A DNA stretch of 64,000 nucleotides from Squalus acanthias (GCA_030390025.1 CM059433.1:27778001-27842000); one strand, 5' to 3'. Shown: positions 1 to 12,536, counted from the first letter of the stretch. The notes: a model not told the origin generated them from the sequence alone. Numbers and translations: made by a program.

Positions 1-714
1 TCCAAAGAGATTTAGGGTCCGTGTACACAGATCACTAAAATGCAGTACGCAGGTACAAAAGATAATCCAAAAGGCTAATGGAATGTTAGCCTTTATAACT
101 AGAGGGCCTGAGTATATAAAGGGGAGGAAGTTTTGCTAGTGATACAAAGCCCTGGTTAGACCACATCCCGAGTACTGTGTACAGTTCTGGGCACCGCACC
201 TTAGAAAGAATATATTGGCCTTGGAAGGAGTGCAGCGCAGATTCACCAGAATGTTACCAGGGCTCCAAGGGTTAGATTATGAGGAGAGATTACAAAAACA
301 CTGCTTGTATTCCTTGGAATATAGAAGATTATGGGGTGATTTGATTGAGGTTTTTAGGATTTTGAAAGGAATTGATAGGGTAGATAGAGAGAAACTTTTC
401 CACTGGTGGGGGAGAGTCTATGACAAGGGGACATAACCTTAAAATTAGAGCCAGGCCATTCAGGAGAGAAGTTAGGAAACACTTCTTCACGCAAAGGGTG
501 GGAGAAGTTTGGAACTCTCTCCTACAAAAAGCAGTAGATGCTAGCTCAATTAATAATTTTAAATCGGAGATCGATAGTTTTGCTAGTCAAGGGTATTAAG
601 GGTTACAGAACCAAGGCAGGGGGGATGGAGTTAAGATACAGATCAGCCATGATCTCATTGAATGGTGGAACAGACTCGAGGGGCTGAATGGCCTGCTCCT
701 ATTCCTATGTTCCC
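1..714 (+). mobile_element. CR1 LINE, 3' fragment
   Basis: ALEGVQRRFTRMLPGL...YEERL (ORF 215..436) and CR1-type 3' tail ending CTCCTATTCCTATGTTC. Confidence 0.85.
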
Positions 715-746
715 AAGTGGGTGCAGATCCACAAATCCTTCTGTAC

Positions 747-913
747 CTGTTTTCAGCTTTGGTCAGCAGGGAATTCCACCTACGACTCAGGCCCTGCAGC
801 TGATTCAGTGTCTTCTCTCGGTCTGAGGAATCGGCCAACCCAGCGATCTTCTCCCCTTCTCGCTTGGTCATCTCCACGGTTGGTTTGCGATCATCCAGCA
901 AGTGTTGGAGAAG
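747..913 (-). CDS. DST: Dystonin-like internal exon (LLQHLLDDRKPTVEMTKREGEKIA...WNSLLTKAENR); gene continues beyond the window start
   Basis: Acceptor GTTCTAATGAAG|CTT, donor AG|GTACAG; 167 nt, phase 0 to 2; KREGEKIA is DST-type. Confidence 0.9.
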
Positions 914-1429
914 CTTCATTAGAACAAACATTTAGGGTCAGATTCATGATCAACAGAGTACTCAAGACTTGCTACTCATTCCTATAAACTGAGAGCAGAA
1001 GTCTGTGTTATCCAACTCGAGACCGATTTTCACCATTTTCTTCATTGGCCAACAGTACTGGTATTTACAAAAAGTCACACTGGAATGCACTGCCTGAAAG
1101 GGTGGTGGAAGCAGATTCAATAGTAACTTTCAAAAGGAAATCGGATAAATACTTAAGGGAAAAAGTTGCAGGCTACGGGGAAAGGGGACTCATTGGATTG
1201 CTCTTTCAAAGAGCCAGCATAAGCACGATGGGCCATTCTATGCTGTGTCATTCTATGATGCAATTTTCTGACTGCATCTATTAAAGTTAACCTGTTTTTA
1301 ACCTTAGATATTAGTATACACCAATATCACTGGTTAGCCGATAAGGAGTAATAAACTGTAGGTCGCTGATCACCAGAACCCAGTGCCTCCAGTCATAAAA
1401 CATTTAACCTTTGTCCGTACTCAACTATA

Positions 1430-1830
1430 ATGCTGACATGCACTTTCCTACAGTAGTCACTGTATTGTGATCAGGAGCAGAGACCATAGATGAGGTTTCA
1501 ACCCTCCCCAGCCTGGGGATGCTGAAGCTAGTTGCAGTGCAATATTCCCTTTAAGCTGCGAGGCGGCGCGGCTCTCTGCAGCTCCCGTGCAGCCGGCTCA
1601 CCGGCTTTTAAATAGGAAAAACCGCGCAGGCGCGGTATTTGGAATGGGCCGCACAGCCCCTTAAAGGGGCCGCGCACCCAAAAAAAAAACTGAAGGGAAC
1701 ATTGTTGCAGTGCCCCAAACTTTCACCCCAACTGAGATCAGCTAACTCAGCACAAACCAGGGTTTGAACCTGGGATCTCACTGGCCTGTATAGACGGCTC
1801 AGTTCCACGCTGAGTGATTGGGGGAAAGCT
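1430..1830 (-). mobile_element. Old tRNA-headed SINE-like repeat (host of the hAT MITE); related copies near 16380-16570, 19250-19750, 30480-31170 (-) and 39645-39760 (+)
   Basis: Recurring motif GAGATCAGCTAACTCAGCAC and B-box-like GGTTCAA on the minus strand. Confidence 0.5.
1540..1704. mobile_element. hAT-type MITE (165 bp)
   Basis: TIRs CAATATTCCCT / AGGGAACATTG; perfect 8-bp TSD TTGCAGTG at 1532-1539 and 1705-1712. Confidence 0.85.
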
Positions 1831-2216
1831 TAGATAATGTTCGGTCACGATGCCGCACTTCATCTAGAGGCACCATTTGAGTCTGCTGAGCGAGTGATCA
1901 GATAATCGAAGACTTCAACTCCATCGAGGCTAAGAAAGAAAATTAGCCACTTTGTGTTTCAAGATGACAACTTCTGAGAAAGCTGTCTGGATGAAGACCA
2001 ATCACAACCCACTCTACTGAAAGGTCATTTACAGCCACGAGCCATTTACTGAGCATGGCAGCTGATGCCGGAGACCACATCTTCCATCACACCCGGCTTC
2101 GAACACATTCGCTCAGACTAGGTGTGCGCACGGTCCAGAGCTCTGCTTACTTAAAATGTCAAACTCTAGCAGTGGCCTTGGACAAATTCACAACTCGTGA
2201 AGCATTCTGGACTTAC

Positions 2217-2387
2217 TTTTTGTTCTTGAATCTGAGCCTTCACTACTTTGAACTCAGCTGACGGTGGCTTCTGATTGGCTACAAGTTCCTCTGTATCCAT
2301 TAACCAGCTGAGCAACGATTCGAGCGCGTCCTGAAACCTCCCACAATGCAAGAGGGCTTCCTGCAGCTTGGCAGCTCGTTCTGCAAC
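2217..2387 (-). CDS. DST: Dystonin-like internal exon ([28 protein letters not shown]...[19 protein letters not shown])
   Basis: Acceptor TTAATAG|GTT, donor AAA|GTAAGT; 171 nt; [11 protein letters not shown] and [13 protein letters not shown] are DST-type (MACF1 recalled as HCGKFQDALEP and [13 protein letters not shown]). Confidence 0.93.
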
Positions 2388-2493
2388 CTATTAAACAGAT
2401 TACATAATCCAAATTAACAGGCGTGCACACAGCAGGCAGAGAGCTACCTGTTTAACCATGAGGGGAGGGGATGGAGGGAGAAAGAAAATAAAC

Positions 2494-2655
2494 CTTTTTC
2501 GTGAGCGTATTCCATCGTGTGTTTGCTTCTTCAAGGTCGTGCTCCAACTTCTGGATATTGGTGTTTTTAGCTACACTCTGGATCAATCCCTGACCAAGCC
2601 GATTAACCTCTTGGAGCACAGCCTGAAGTGGCTCAATCTCTGCCTTCTGAAATAC
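2494..2655 (-). CDS. DST: Dystonin-like internal exon ([11 protein letters not shown]...LGQGLIQS...RWNTLTKK)
   Basis: Acceptor ACTACAG|GTA, donor AAG|GTTTAT; 162 nt, phase 0 to 0. Confidence 0.92.
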
Positions 2656-2843
2656 CTGTAGTTTGTACAAGGGACAGGAAGAGCATTACAATACACATTG
2701 GATGAAATAAGTCAATTAGATGCGTCTCTAATACCATTCCATAGATAGTTATACAAAGATAAAAGTAGTTTAGAATAAAATAAACATTGTAAAAATGCAA
2801 ATCCTATGTCAAGTCATTTTGCAGTGTTCCGCCCTTGTGACTA

Positions 2844-2955
2844 CAGTCCCCATAACTTAGTCAATGCTTATCCCATAGAGCCGCCTATATCGGGCAAATG
2901 GCACTAACCAAGTGCCAGTACCATAGGTGTCAAGTACAAAGGCGCCGCTTAAACC
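2844..2955 (+). mobile_element. Truncated left end of a Tigger/pogo-like MITE, related to 48164-48585
   Basis: TA|CAGTCCCCATAACTTA...GCCGCCTATATCGGGCAAATGG...TACAAAGGCGCCGCTTAAACC aligns with about 48162-48278. Confidence 0.65.
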
Positions 2956-3735
2956 ATATTAATACTTCCTTTGATATCTCAAAGACTCGGTACACAGTGA
3001 CAGAATGAACGAGTTGCTGTGATACGGAAAAGGCGGCAAAAGATTTCATCTTAGCAAACACTTCAGGCAGATTTTTCCAATTGAAGTTGATCTCAACCTA
3101 ATTAATTTCCAGTTAGTCTGGTAAAAACTAAAGTAAATCCTTTAATGGGCATCAAATTCAAATCAACTTTTGGTCATCTCAGCTGGAAAATACAACATTC
3201 AAAAACTGTTGCTGAGCCAAGAACAAAATTGAATATTTTGCTGAATGAATAATGAAATTCTGTGGTTCATTAAACTTCTTCCCTATTTAAAATTAAAATG
3301 AGGTTATTTACAATAGTTTGCATTATCAAACAGATTATCTGCTCTCTAAATCTCCTCTTCTTTTCTGTCCTCCTTTAGGGTTCTGCATCATCTGCTCCAC
3401 AGACCCTGTACAATTCGCCCAGGTGTGTACCCTCTAACACTCAAAGTAGATGACCAACCAAAGGCAAAGTTCTCCCAGCCTCCCCAACCACAAAACATTG
3501 GAGTTTCTTCCATCCCCTCAAGGTTCAAATTCATCAATCCAATCCCACACTTATCACTATTACTGTAACCTTCAATCCCACTCCTAAACAGATACGGTTT
3601 AAATTCACTTCTCAAGTTAACATAATTTCCGCCATTCTCCAGGTGGAAGTGGTGAGAGGAATTCTCATCACTACTCTTACTTGAAGTGTATTCACATGGT
3701 GTTCATGCTCTCCAAGCACCATCTAGTTTCACTGA

Positions 3736-5128
3736 ATCATAGAATAGGCATAGAAGGAGGCCATTCAGCCCATCAAGCCTGCGTCAGCTCTTTCAAGGAG
3801 CAATCCAGTTAGTCCCACTCCCCTGCTCTTTCCCCATATTCCTGCAATTTTTTATCCTTCAAGTATTTATCCAATTTCCTTTTGAAGGCTACTATTAAAT
3901 CTGTTTCCACCGCCCTATCAGGCAGTGCGCATTCCAAATCCTAACCACTTGTTGCGTAAAAATGTTACTCCTCATGTCACCTCTGGTTCTTTTGCCAATC
4001 ACCTTAAATCTCTGCCCTCTGGTTACCGACCCTTCAGCCACTGGAAACAGTTTCTCTTTATTTACTCTATCTAAATCCTTCATGATTTTAAACACCTTTA
4101 GCAAAAATCTTCTTAGCCTTCTCTGCTCCAAGGAGAATAATCCCAGTTTCTCTAGTCAATCCACATAACTGTAATCCCTCATCCCTGGAGCCATTCTAGT
4201 AAATCTCTTCTGTACCCTCTCCAAAGCCTTCACGTCTTTCCTAAAGTGTGGTGCCCAGAATTGGACACAATACTCCAGCTAGGGTCGAACTAGTGTTTAA
4301 TATAGGTTTGGCATAACTTACTGGCTTTTGTACTCTCTGCCTCTATTTATAAAGCACAGGATCCCATATGCTTTATTAACTGCTTTTTTAACCTGTCCTG
4401 CCACCTTAAAAGAATTGTGCACAAGCACCGCACCCCCAGGTGTCTCTATTCTTGCAACCCCCTTAAAATTGTACCATTTAGTGTGTGTGGTCTCTCCTCA
4501 TTTTTCCTACCAAAATGTATTACCTCACACTTCTCAGCATTGAATTTCATCTGACATGTGTCCGCCCATTCCACCAGCCTGTCTATGTCTTCTTGAAGTC
4601 TATTACCATCTTCCTCACTGTTTACTACACTTCTAAGTTTTGTGTCTTCTGCAAATTTCAAAATTGTGCCCTGTAACCCCCCCCAAGTCCAAGTCATTAA
4701 TACATATCAAAAGCAGCAGTGGTCCTCATACTGAACCTTGGGAAGCGTCACAGTATACCCCCCTCCAGTCCAAAGAACAGCCATTCACCACAACTCTGTT
4801 TTCTATCCCTTAGCTATTTTGTATCCATGCTGCTGCTGCCTCTTTTATCCCATGGGCTTCAATTTTGCCAACAAGCCCAATATGTGGTACTTTATCAAAC
4901 GCCTTTTGCAGGTCCATATACACAACATGAATTGCACTGCCATCATCAAAAAACTGGATCAAGTGTATCAAACACCATTCGCCCTTAACAAATCAGTGCT
5001 GGCTCTCCTTTATTAGTCCATGCTTGTCCAAGTGGCTGTTAATTTTCTCCCGGATTATTGTTTCTAAAAGTTTCCCCACCACCGATGTTAAGCTGACTGG
5101 CCTGTAATTTCCAGGTTTATCCTTCTCT
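3736..5128 (-). mobile_element. Degenerate CR1 LINE (RT and 3' end)
   Basis: ORF fragments PGNYRPVSLTSVVGKLLE, KFAEDTKL and WQMKFN-like; frameshifted. Confidence 0.85.
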
Positions 5129-5149
5129 CCCAATATACTGCATAAATAA

Positions 5150-5770
5150 TGTTCAAATCGGCCATGCCCCTCCATTTGAAAGACCTGGAGGATGATCATT
5201 TCTCAATCTTTGCTTCCTCAATGAAAACAACTTCTGTTCAGTGAATCGACCTTCATAACACAGAGCTCCATTGCCATGTCATTTTAATTCTCAGCCCCAC
5301 TCTCACTCTGACCTCGGCCTCCTACACTGGTCTATTGAAGCTTAACGGAAGCTCGATGAGGCACTTTACAACCTTCCGGACTCAACATTTACTTCAACAA
5401 TTTCAGATCATAACCACTGCTCCCATTTTTTCGGACAGTAGTTGCTGGTAATGATTCTACTTTTGTCATTTTCAGCTCCTCCAGACCCATCTTTTGTTTC
5501 TTTACTTGTCCCATTACCACCCCATTTTGCCTTGCACTATTATCCCTTTTGTCATTTAATCACTCTTGTTCTCCACCCCATCACAGACCTTCCCTTTTGT
5601 TCTTTCCTCCCCTATCTCTGTACTTGCTTAAAAACTGTTAACATCTCGAACTTTCTCCAGTTCTGACGAAGGGTCATCGACCCGAGACGTTAACGGTTTC
5701 TCTCTCCACAGATGCTGCCTGACCTGTTCAGCATTTCCAGCATTTTCTGTTTTTATTTCAGATTTCCAGT
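5150..5770 (+). mobile_element. Penelope-like element-derived terminal fragment
   Basis: Ends TTCTGACGAAGGGTCATCGACCCGAGACGTTAAC...CACAGATGCTGCCTGACCTG...TTCCAGCATTTTCTGTTTTTATTTCAG; related copies at 42975-43160 and 51650-51746. Confidence 0.55.
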
Positions 5771-7811
5771 ATCTGGTCATTCTTGATTGAAATGCCTCAT
5801 ATGGATACGGTTTCTTTTGAAGGTTGAAGAAGTCACATTGCACACTATATGCTACATGTAGTTAATCAATAAGTCATACAACCAAGTACCCTCAAGGTGC
5901 ATTCCACTAATTGTTTAGCCTTGTGGAGAACAGCTTCAGTCAGCTCTAAAAAATTCCTTTCCTTTTTCCACCTGAGTTAATGGAATATGGATTACATTAT
6001 GTTTATCCCTGTTAAAATCCACCTGCCACAACACAACCCAGACATCAAAAGATCTGGAGAAATGAGCTGATCTTCACATGACTCACATGGCCATACTGCT
6101 CACGCTCAGCAAATTTATAATTAGTCACCCATATTATTTATGAATACTCTATACAGCAGGAAACACAGAACAGATCTGTTCCTGACTCCATTAGTCACTG
6201 CCCCTTGCTGCTTTCTAATGCCAAAACAATTTTCAATCCAACTAGTTAATTTACTATTAATTCCACAAACCTTTATCTTCTTTAAAGGCTTTACTGTGGA
6301 ACTCAACCAAATGTATCTTGAAATTCAAAGTCAATGTCTATCGGATACAACTTGTCTATTAGTTTAGGTCCTCAACCATTCGAGACTGCTAACGAAGAAC
6401 AAAATCATGTGGCTAGTATGTGACCAACAGAAAAGATAGTTTTACTTTACAAAAGACAGTTTGTTATGGATATCATATCTTGAACACATCATAAACCGTT
6501 TTTCGATATTACACCACTGTTACGCTTCTTCACTCTTTAGTTACTTTAGATACTTTTTTTGGTTTGTGTCTCAGGATATTCTCTTAGATTAACCCTTAGT
6601 CACTACATCCCAAAGAATGTTTAGACTTGCTCGGGTATCTAGGTAAATTGATAGCGTGCCCAGAGATAGAACGGAGCACCATATTCAATTTACTTGGTGA
6701 GAATATGAAACTCGCTACCACATGGAATGGTTGAGGCAAATAGCAAAGATGCATTTAAGGGGTAAATAGGTAAGCACAGAGGGAGAAAGGAATAGAAGGA
6801 TATGCCAATAGGGTGAGATGAAGTAGTGTGGGAGGCAGCTCCTGTGGAACATAAACACCGGCATAGACCAGTTGGGCCGAATGGCCTGTTTCTGTGCTGT
6901 AAATTCTATGTAATTCTATGTACTTCAGCAATTGATGCTCCTCCACATCTTCAGAAGGTGGCAGAATAACACTACACTAGATGTTGACTTTAACTGACGA
7001 GGAAATGAATTAAATAGCAAAAGAACAAGTATACAGTAGCAGGAACACGTGCATTGTCTCCACAGTAGTTGCTAAGCTTAGCCATCTCTTCGTGTAGTAG
7101 AAAAGAATAGATAATTTGCAACTGCTGTGATGAACTCGAATATATGTAATATTCTTAAAGAAGGATTTTTTCTTTTTTTGCACTATCCATGTATGCTCTC
7201 TCTCTTTGAAGGCTTTAGAGACAGAGTCCCCGATTTGAACTACAAGTTAATAAACACCTTCAAAAAGTAAACCAAGATCAAGCAGATGTAAATAGCTAGC
7301 TGTTAAATTCAAAGAAAAGACTGTCAAACATACATTTGAACAATCCTCACACAAAATATTCATATTGGAATTGAATGGCTTGAGCATCACCCTTGGACAC
7401 CATTCTCAGACAAACGAACCAAAATTGTGCCAACTTAAATCTTCAACATGATTTCTGCGAGCAGAGATAGTTTTGAACCCTTTATGTATTGCGACAGCAT
7501 TTTTTCTTTAAAAAAAGCCAATACCTTGCTAAATCTTAGGCGAAAATGCTTCATTTTTATCACAACTGTCACTTGTACACTACGGGCAAGCTGAACCTCG
7601 TTAACTCCACTACTCAAATTCTAGCCACTGTCATCAAATTAATCAAATGATACAGTGCAGAAGTCTTCTGTCTGCGCTGTACTACACCGGAGTCAAGCAC
7701 AGAGAAAATGCCAAGTGCCAGAACATCTCAGTAGAATTATTCAAATTTAAATATCTGTCAGCTCATTTTATGGCATCCAGTAGCTTGCTTAAATTATAGT
7801 ATAACTGCAGA

Positions 7812-8182
7812 GTCCAGCAATGTCTTAAATTTAAAATTCTCATTCTTGTGTTCAAATCCCTCCCTGGCATCACCCCTCCCTCTCTCTGTAACCTCCTCCA
7901 GCCTGATAACCCTCCGATATCTCTACACTCCTCCAATTCTGGCCTCTTGCGCATCCCCGATATTCATCGCCCCACCATCGGTGGCCGTGCTTTCAGCTGC
8001 CTTGGCACTAAGCTCTGGAATTCCCTCCCTAAACCCCACCTCTTTGACCAAACTTTTGGTCACCTGTTCCAACATCTCCTTCTGTGGGTCGGTGTTAAAT
8101 GTTGTTTGATAACACTCCTGTGAAGTGTCTTGGGATGTTTTTAATATGTTAAAGGTGCTAGAGAAATGCAAGTTGTTGTTGT
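7812..8182 (+). mobile_element. L2-clade LINE 3' fragment
   Basis: FKILILVFKSL...GGRAFSCLG.KLWNSLP; tail AAATGCAAGTTGTTGTTG. Confidence 0.75.
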
Positions 8183-11100
8183 CGGAGGGGAACGGTCTGC
8201 GAGGTCCTGGAGGAGAGAGTCTTATACACCCCTTGCGTTTGACGCTGCACGGAGTGTTTGGCGCATGTCAGCCGCTCCTGTCTACAATCTCAATACATTT
8301 ACATTCAACGGTTACAAGTAGAAATCCCTCCTTTATCAGGCAGCCCAAATTGCAGCCCAGCAGTACAAAATTTGTACAGCTATCTGCACATTGATAATTT
8401 AGGCACTGATTTGAGATCAGTAGCTACAGTATAAACTGTATCCTTAGTGACTGCGTCACAATCTGATTCTTCAGAGAGCACAAAGTCACACAGTTGAACA
8501 AAGTATCCTTTCCACACATGTCTGACAAGATAGCTGCTCCCAGAGAGGGAAATAAACCCAAGCACACCTCAATTCCAGTCTGTATTGCAACAAATATAGG
8601 ACCTGCAACAATCTCATCTCAGGGTTCAAACAACTGCACACAGCACAAGTTTTACTCTGATAGTTCAGGAGATGATTTTAATTCCCCACTGGCAAGCGGG
8701 TTGGTAAACAGAGGACACAGATTGAAGGTAATTGACAAAAAAGAGGCGAGATGAGAGGTTTTTTTTTTACGTTATGATGATCTGGGCCTGAAAGGGTGGT
8801 GGAAGCAGATTCAACAGTGACTTTCAAAAGGGAATTGGATAAATACCTGAAAGAGACATTTGCAGGGCTATGGAGAAAGAGCAGGGGAGTGGGACGAATT
8901 GGATAGCTCTACCAAAGAGCCGGCACAAGCATGATGGGCCGAATGGCCTCCTTCTGTGCTGTATCATTCTATGGTATCCCTTCCCAGTGATCACTGCTAG
9001 ATATCCACCACCCTCTAAAAGAATTAGAAGCAAGTTTAAATTGTTTTCTTCTGAAATAACTCCGGAGTCCAACTGTTTGATTTGTTACTGTGAAGGATTG
9101 AAGTCCTGAGCTGCTTCAAAAATCATATAAAAAACGTTATATAGTTATATATATATATATATATTTCTTATTTCATGGGATCTTGGTCATTGGCCAGTTT
9201 GCAGTCACTTCAGTTTGATTACTGCCGGCTGGAAGTAGACTGTCTGCGTGTATAGAAATACACATCATCTGTCTCGCACTGGTGCCACTTCAAAGGCAAT
9301 GAGTCCCTTCCAGGGACTGCATAATCAGCGTCAGATACAAAGCACATCCAGGCGTTGGAGATGCTTAACACTGGCTGCCGAGGGTGTAAGGTGACGGACC
9401 TATCATTTGGGATTGCCGACTCACCCAGAGGACCAGAGTCTGTGGCAGCAGGAACTGCAGCCACGGTATCGGACGCTGGTGATGATGAACAGATCCATGC
9501 TCAGAGCCTGCCTGCTGGAGCCTTTGCCCACTTTGATTGCTCCCTATCTTTCTACCTCACAGCTCTAACTTCAGATTTGTAGCCTGCCCACAGCCGTAGA
9601 TGCTCCACTTCCTTCCAGACTCGAGGCCCATTGCCTCTGCATTCCTTCCAGACCCACAGAATTGCCACTCTTTCCCAGCACTCGTATCAGGACCCAGAGC
9701 CTCCCTACCCAAACCCACTCCCCCCACCACCACCTCAGCACAGCCCTTGGCCCAAGTTCCACCCCAAGGCTTTGTCAGCTGCCCTGTAACAGTAGCACCC
9801 CTCCCCTGTCCCCGACTCTCTTCCACCCAGTCCTAGTCCCCACCTCCAACAGGCTGCAATTCTGGTGTATCCCTGGGGTTTTAGCAAAGGTAAAAGATAC
9901 ATATTAAGTAGATCAGTAAAGCAATTCAAGTGAAAGACAAAGGCTGCAAGATATACAGGAGACGGAGGGAAGGGAGAGACTCGCATGACAAATAAGATAG
10001 ATGTCAGAGATAGAGCTGGCAATACAGATAAGAGAAAGAATGAAAGAGAGAGAGAAAGAATAAAAGAAAAAGAGGGGAAAAGAGTGAGGGGGAAAAAGAG
10101 AAAAAAAGGAGGGGGTAAGAGAGACAAACAGAAAGAACAACAGCACGAGACATACATAGGGACAGTTGCTATGAAACTTGTTTTTAAAGTGAGCAACACC
10201 GTAAGATATAGTCAATATTAATTGTACTACACAAGGTGCTAATCTTGAAATTGCAAACGTTTTGAGCTTTTACTGGTTAGTGTGCTTTGGTGGGGCTTTT
10301 CCAAATTAAAGCAGAATTGTTGCAGAGCAGGGAGAGAACTTTACTCAGTCAGTTCTGGTACATATTGCTGAAAGAAAATTGAGCGAAATGTTTGCTTTGC
10401 TGCATCATTACGTTGTGCGCAAGTTGGATGGGGCGGGGGGAAGGGAGGTGACACAACTATGCCACTGTGTTGCATACTTATTAAAATTTCCAAATGATGT
10501 CAGCAACGTTAGACTCGTGGTGATATTTCTTTACGACAAGTTTTGGTACTAAAATCAATCAACTAAACTAACACAGTAAGAACCTGCAGGCGCTGAGACA
10601 ATAGCTCAAGTGAAACTCACCCCTGTAATCAATCTGTGTCTGTCTTTTTTACCTTGAAACGTCTGCCAAGTTCTTCATTACTCTGAAAGCTAAGAGCGAC
10701 TAAATTGCATTGTACTGCGATGACATAACCCTCTGGTTCCGTTTCTGATACACAGGCAAAAAAGATTAAAAAGGGCCATTTCCAAAAAAAGGCACCAACT
10801 CAAACTGTGGCATTTCCCCAAACCACAAAATGCCACAAAGTCATGAAGACCTTTAGCCAGTGAGGTTTTGTCAAATGATGATTACATAGACATGAATGAC
10901 GCTGTGGGGAGACATGCCACCACAAGGCAAGGTTTCTGCAAGTTAAATATGTTAGTGGAAAGGAACACCAGGACATGACGAGTAACAGACACCAGCTGGT
11001 TAATAACCACACAACAAGCAGCTGGAAACTATCAGTCATGTCACAAGCTGCCTCCTGCTTACAAAGCCACAGTGCTCACCCAATCTAATTCAACCATATT

Positions 11101-11240
11101 GAAATTTAATATTCTAAACGTTGCTAGGAAACTGGTTGCCTGGCGACGCAGAAATAAAGCAAAACGGCGGAACTTCAGAAAGTGTGCAGTGCCATCAGAA
11201 ATCCTTTGGCAGGCCCCCGTGCGCCAACGCACCCTGTTCC

Positions 11241-12536
11241 TCACACAAGTGCTTTGGTTCCCTCATCAGTGAACACCCCATTGCTGGCCATGTCAGACTT
11301 CCCCATCACTGCTGACATCCTACAGTCACGCACCTCATCCATCACTGGAGTGTTCTCATAATAACCCTTGCTCTCGGGGTCCAGGCTTTCAATAGCAGGA
11401 GGCATGTCCTCAGGGACAGGCAATAGGGCATCTGGTTCCACCAGAGCCTGCACACCGTCACCTTCTGACTGCATGTCAAACCGACTTTCCACCACCGTAT
11501 CCCAGTAAGAAGTTTCTTGCGTGGATGCATCCTCCTTTCCTTCCTCTGTTGCCGGTCCTTCCAGTTCCACTTCTTGTACCTCAAGGAACTTGGACATTAT
11601 CTCTACTGGTGTGGATGTGAAATTGGGTCTGCCATCAAGGATTTGTCTGCCAACACAGTTTCTCTCATTGTATTCCACAGTATTCGCATTTGGCTGGAAA
11701 ACACAGTCTCCTCTTGTGTTACATTCAGAAACCAGCTCCAGGGCCATAATTAGCTCTGCCTCTTCAGTTGGGGAGACTCCATAGTCTTCACTCTTTGCCA
11801 TGGAGGGCATGCTTTTGGGAGCTCGTGATAACATTTGCTCTTCACCAGAGTTGATGCTGGACCCAGTTCCTCTGGCTTCATTGTCCCTCGTTATATGGAC
11901 TCCCTCTGCCGAGGGCAAGCTCCTATAACGGACTTTATCCCCATTCGTCCGCCGGTACTTTTGCCCTTTATTGGCGGATGGACTGGACAGTCCAGAGTCC
12001 TCCTCTGACGTAAGGGAGCCGGTGGTTCCCTTGCACCGCCGGCTCCAGCTGGACAAAGTGGCCGCCTCTGTACTTTCAGAAGGCGAAGCTTCTGCTCTGC
12101 TGGTGTAGTCTGCCAAGGGAGGGACAAATGCTCTCCAGGATCGCCGGCTCTCTCTCCTTTCTGCCACGGCTTTCACCTTGGCAGCGCCGGCTGATCGGAC
12201 GGCGTCGCTGTTGAGTTTCAGGGCGTCGAAGATCATTTTCTCGTCCAGTTTGCTGCTCTCCCTGGTCCTCAGCTCCAGGGCTGATAGTGCACCATTGCCA
12301 GAGAGCGAGGCGGACTCCAGCGTCCTCTGGCTATATGGGAGGTGACGCTCCGGCAAGTGTCTCGATGCCAGGCTGCCCTTTGAGCCCGAGTCTATCTGTT
12401 CGTTCAGTCTCACCGTGTCATAGATGGACCTTTGGGGAACATAGCAATCTTCTATATTAATGTCCTCTTCTTCAGTTATCCCTACACAGGCTGGATTTTG
12501 ACGCAAGCAGTCAGGCCTACTAAGTGGTTTTCCCAT
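11241..12536 (-). CDS. KIAA0754-like 431-aa ORF nested in the spectraplakin intron; probable alternative first coding exon
   Basis: Intact ORF with Kozak CACC-ATG-G; MGKPLSRPDCLR.NP.C.G..EEED..IEDCYVPQRSIYDT.R.NEQID.GSK, LDE..IFDALKL.SD and RRSW..F.PP match human KIAA0754 as recalled; the rest is Ser/Glu-rich and probably disordered. Confidence 0.88.
   Translation of the reverse strand: MGKPLSRPDCLRQNPACVGITEEEDINIEDCYVPQRSIYDTVRLNEQIDSGSKGSLASRHLPERHLPYSQRTLESASLSGNGALSALELRTRESSKLDEKMIFDALKLNSDAVRSAGAAKVKAVAERRESRRSWRAFVPPLADYTSRAEASPSESTEAATLSSWSRRCKGTTGSLTSEEDSGLSSPSANKGQKYRRTNGDKVRYRSLPSAEGVHITRDNEARGTGSSINSGEEQMLSRAPKSMPSMAKSEDYGVSPTEEAELIMALELVSECNTRGDCVFQPNANTVEYNERNCVGRQILDGRPNFTSTPVEIMSKFLEVQEVELEGPATEEGKEDASTQETSYWDTVVESRFDMQSEGDGVQALVEPDALLPVPEDMPPAIESLDPESKGYYENTPVMDEVRDCRMSAVMGKSDMASNGVFTDEGTKALV

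Noticed and set aside
9735..10221. Hydrophobic (minus strand) and Lys/Arg/Glu-rich (plus strand) ORFs
   Set aside because: Artefacts of a polypurine/polypyrimidine low-complexity tract
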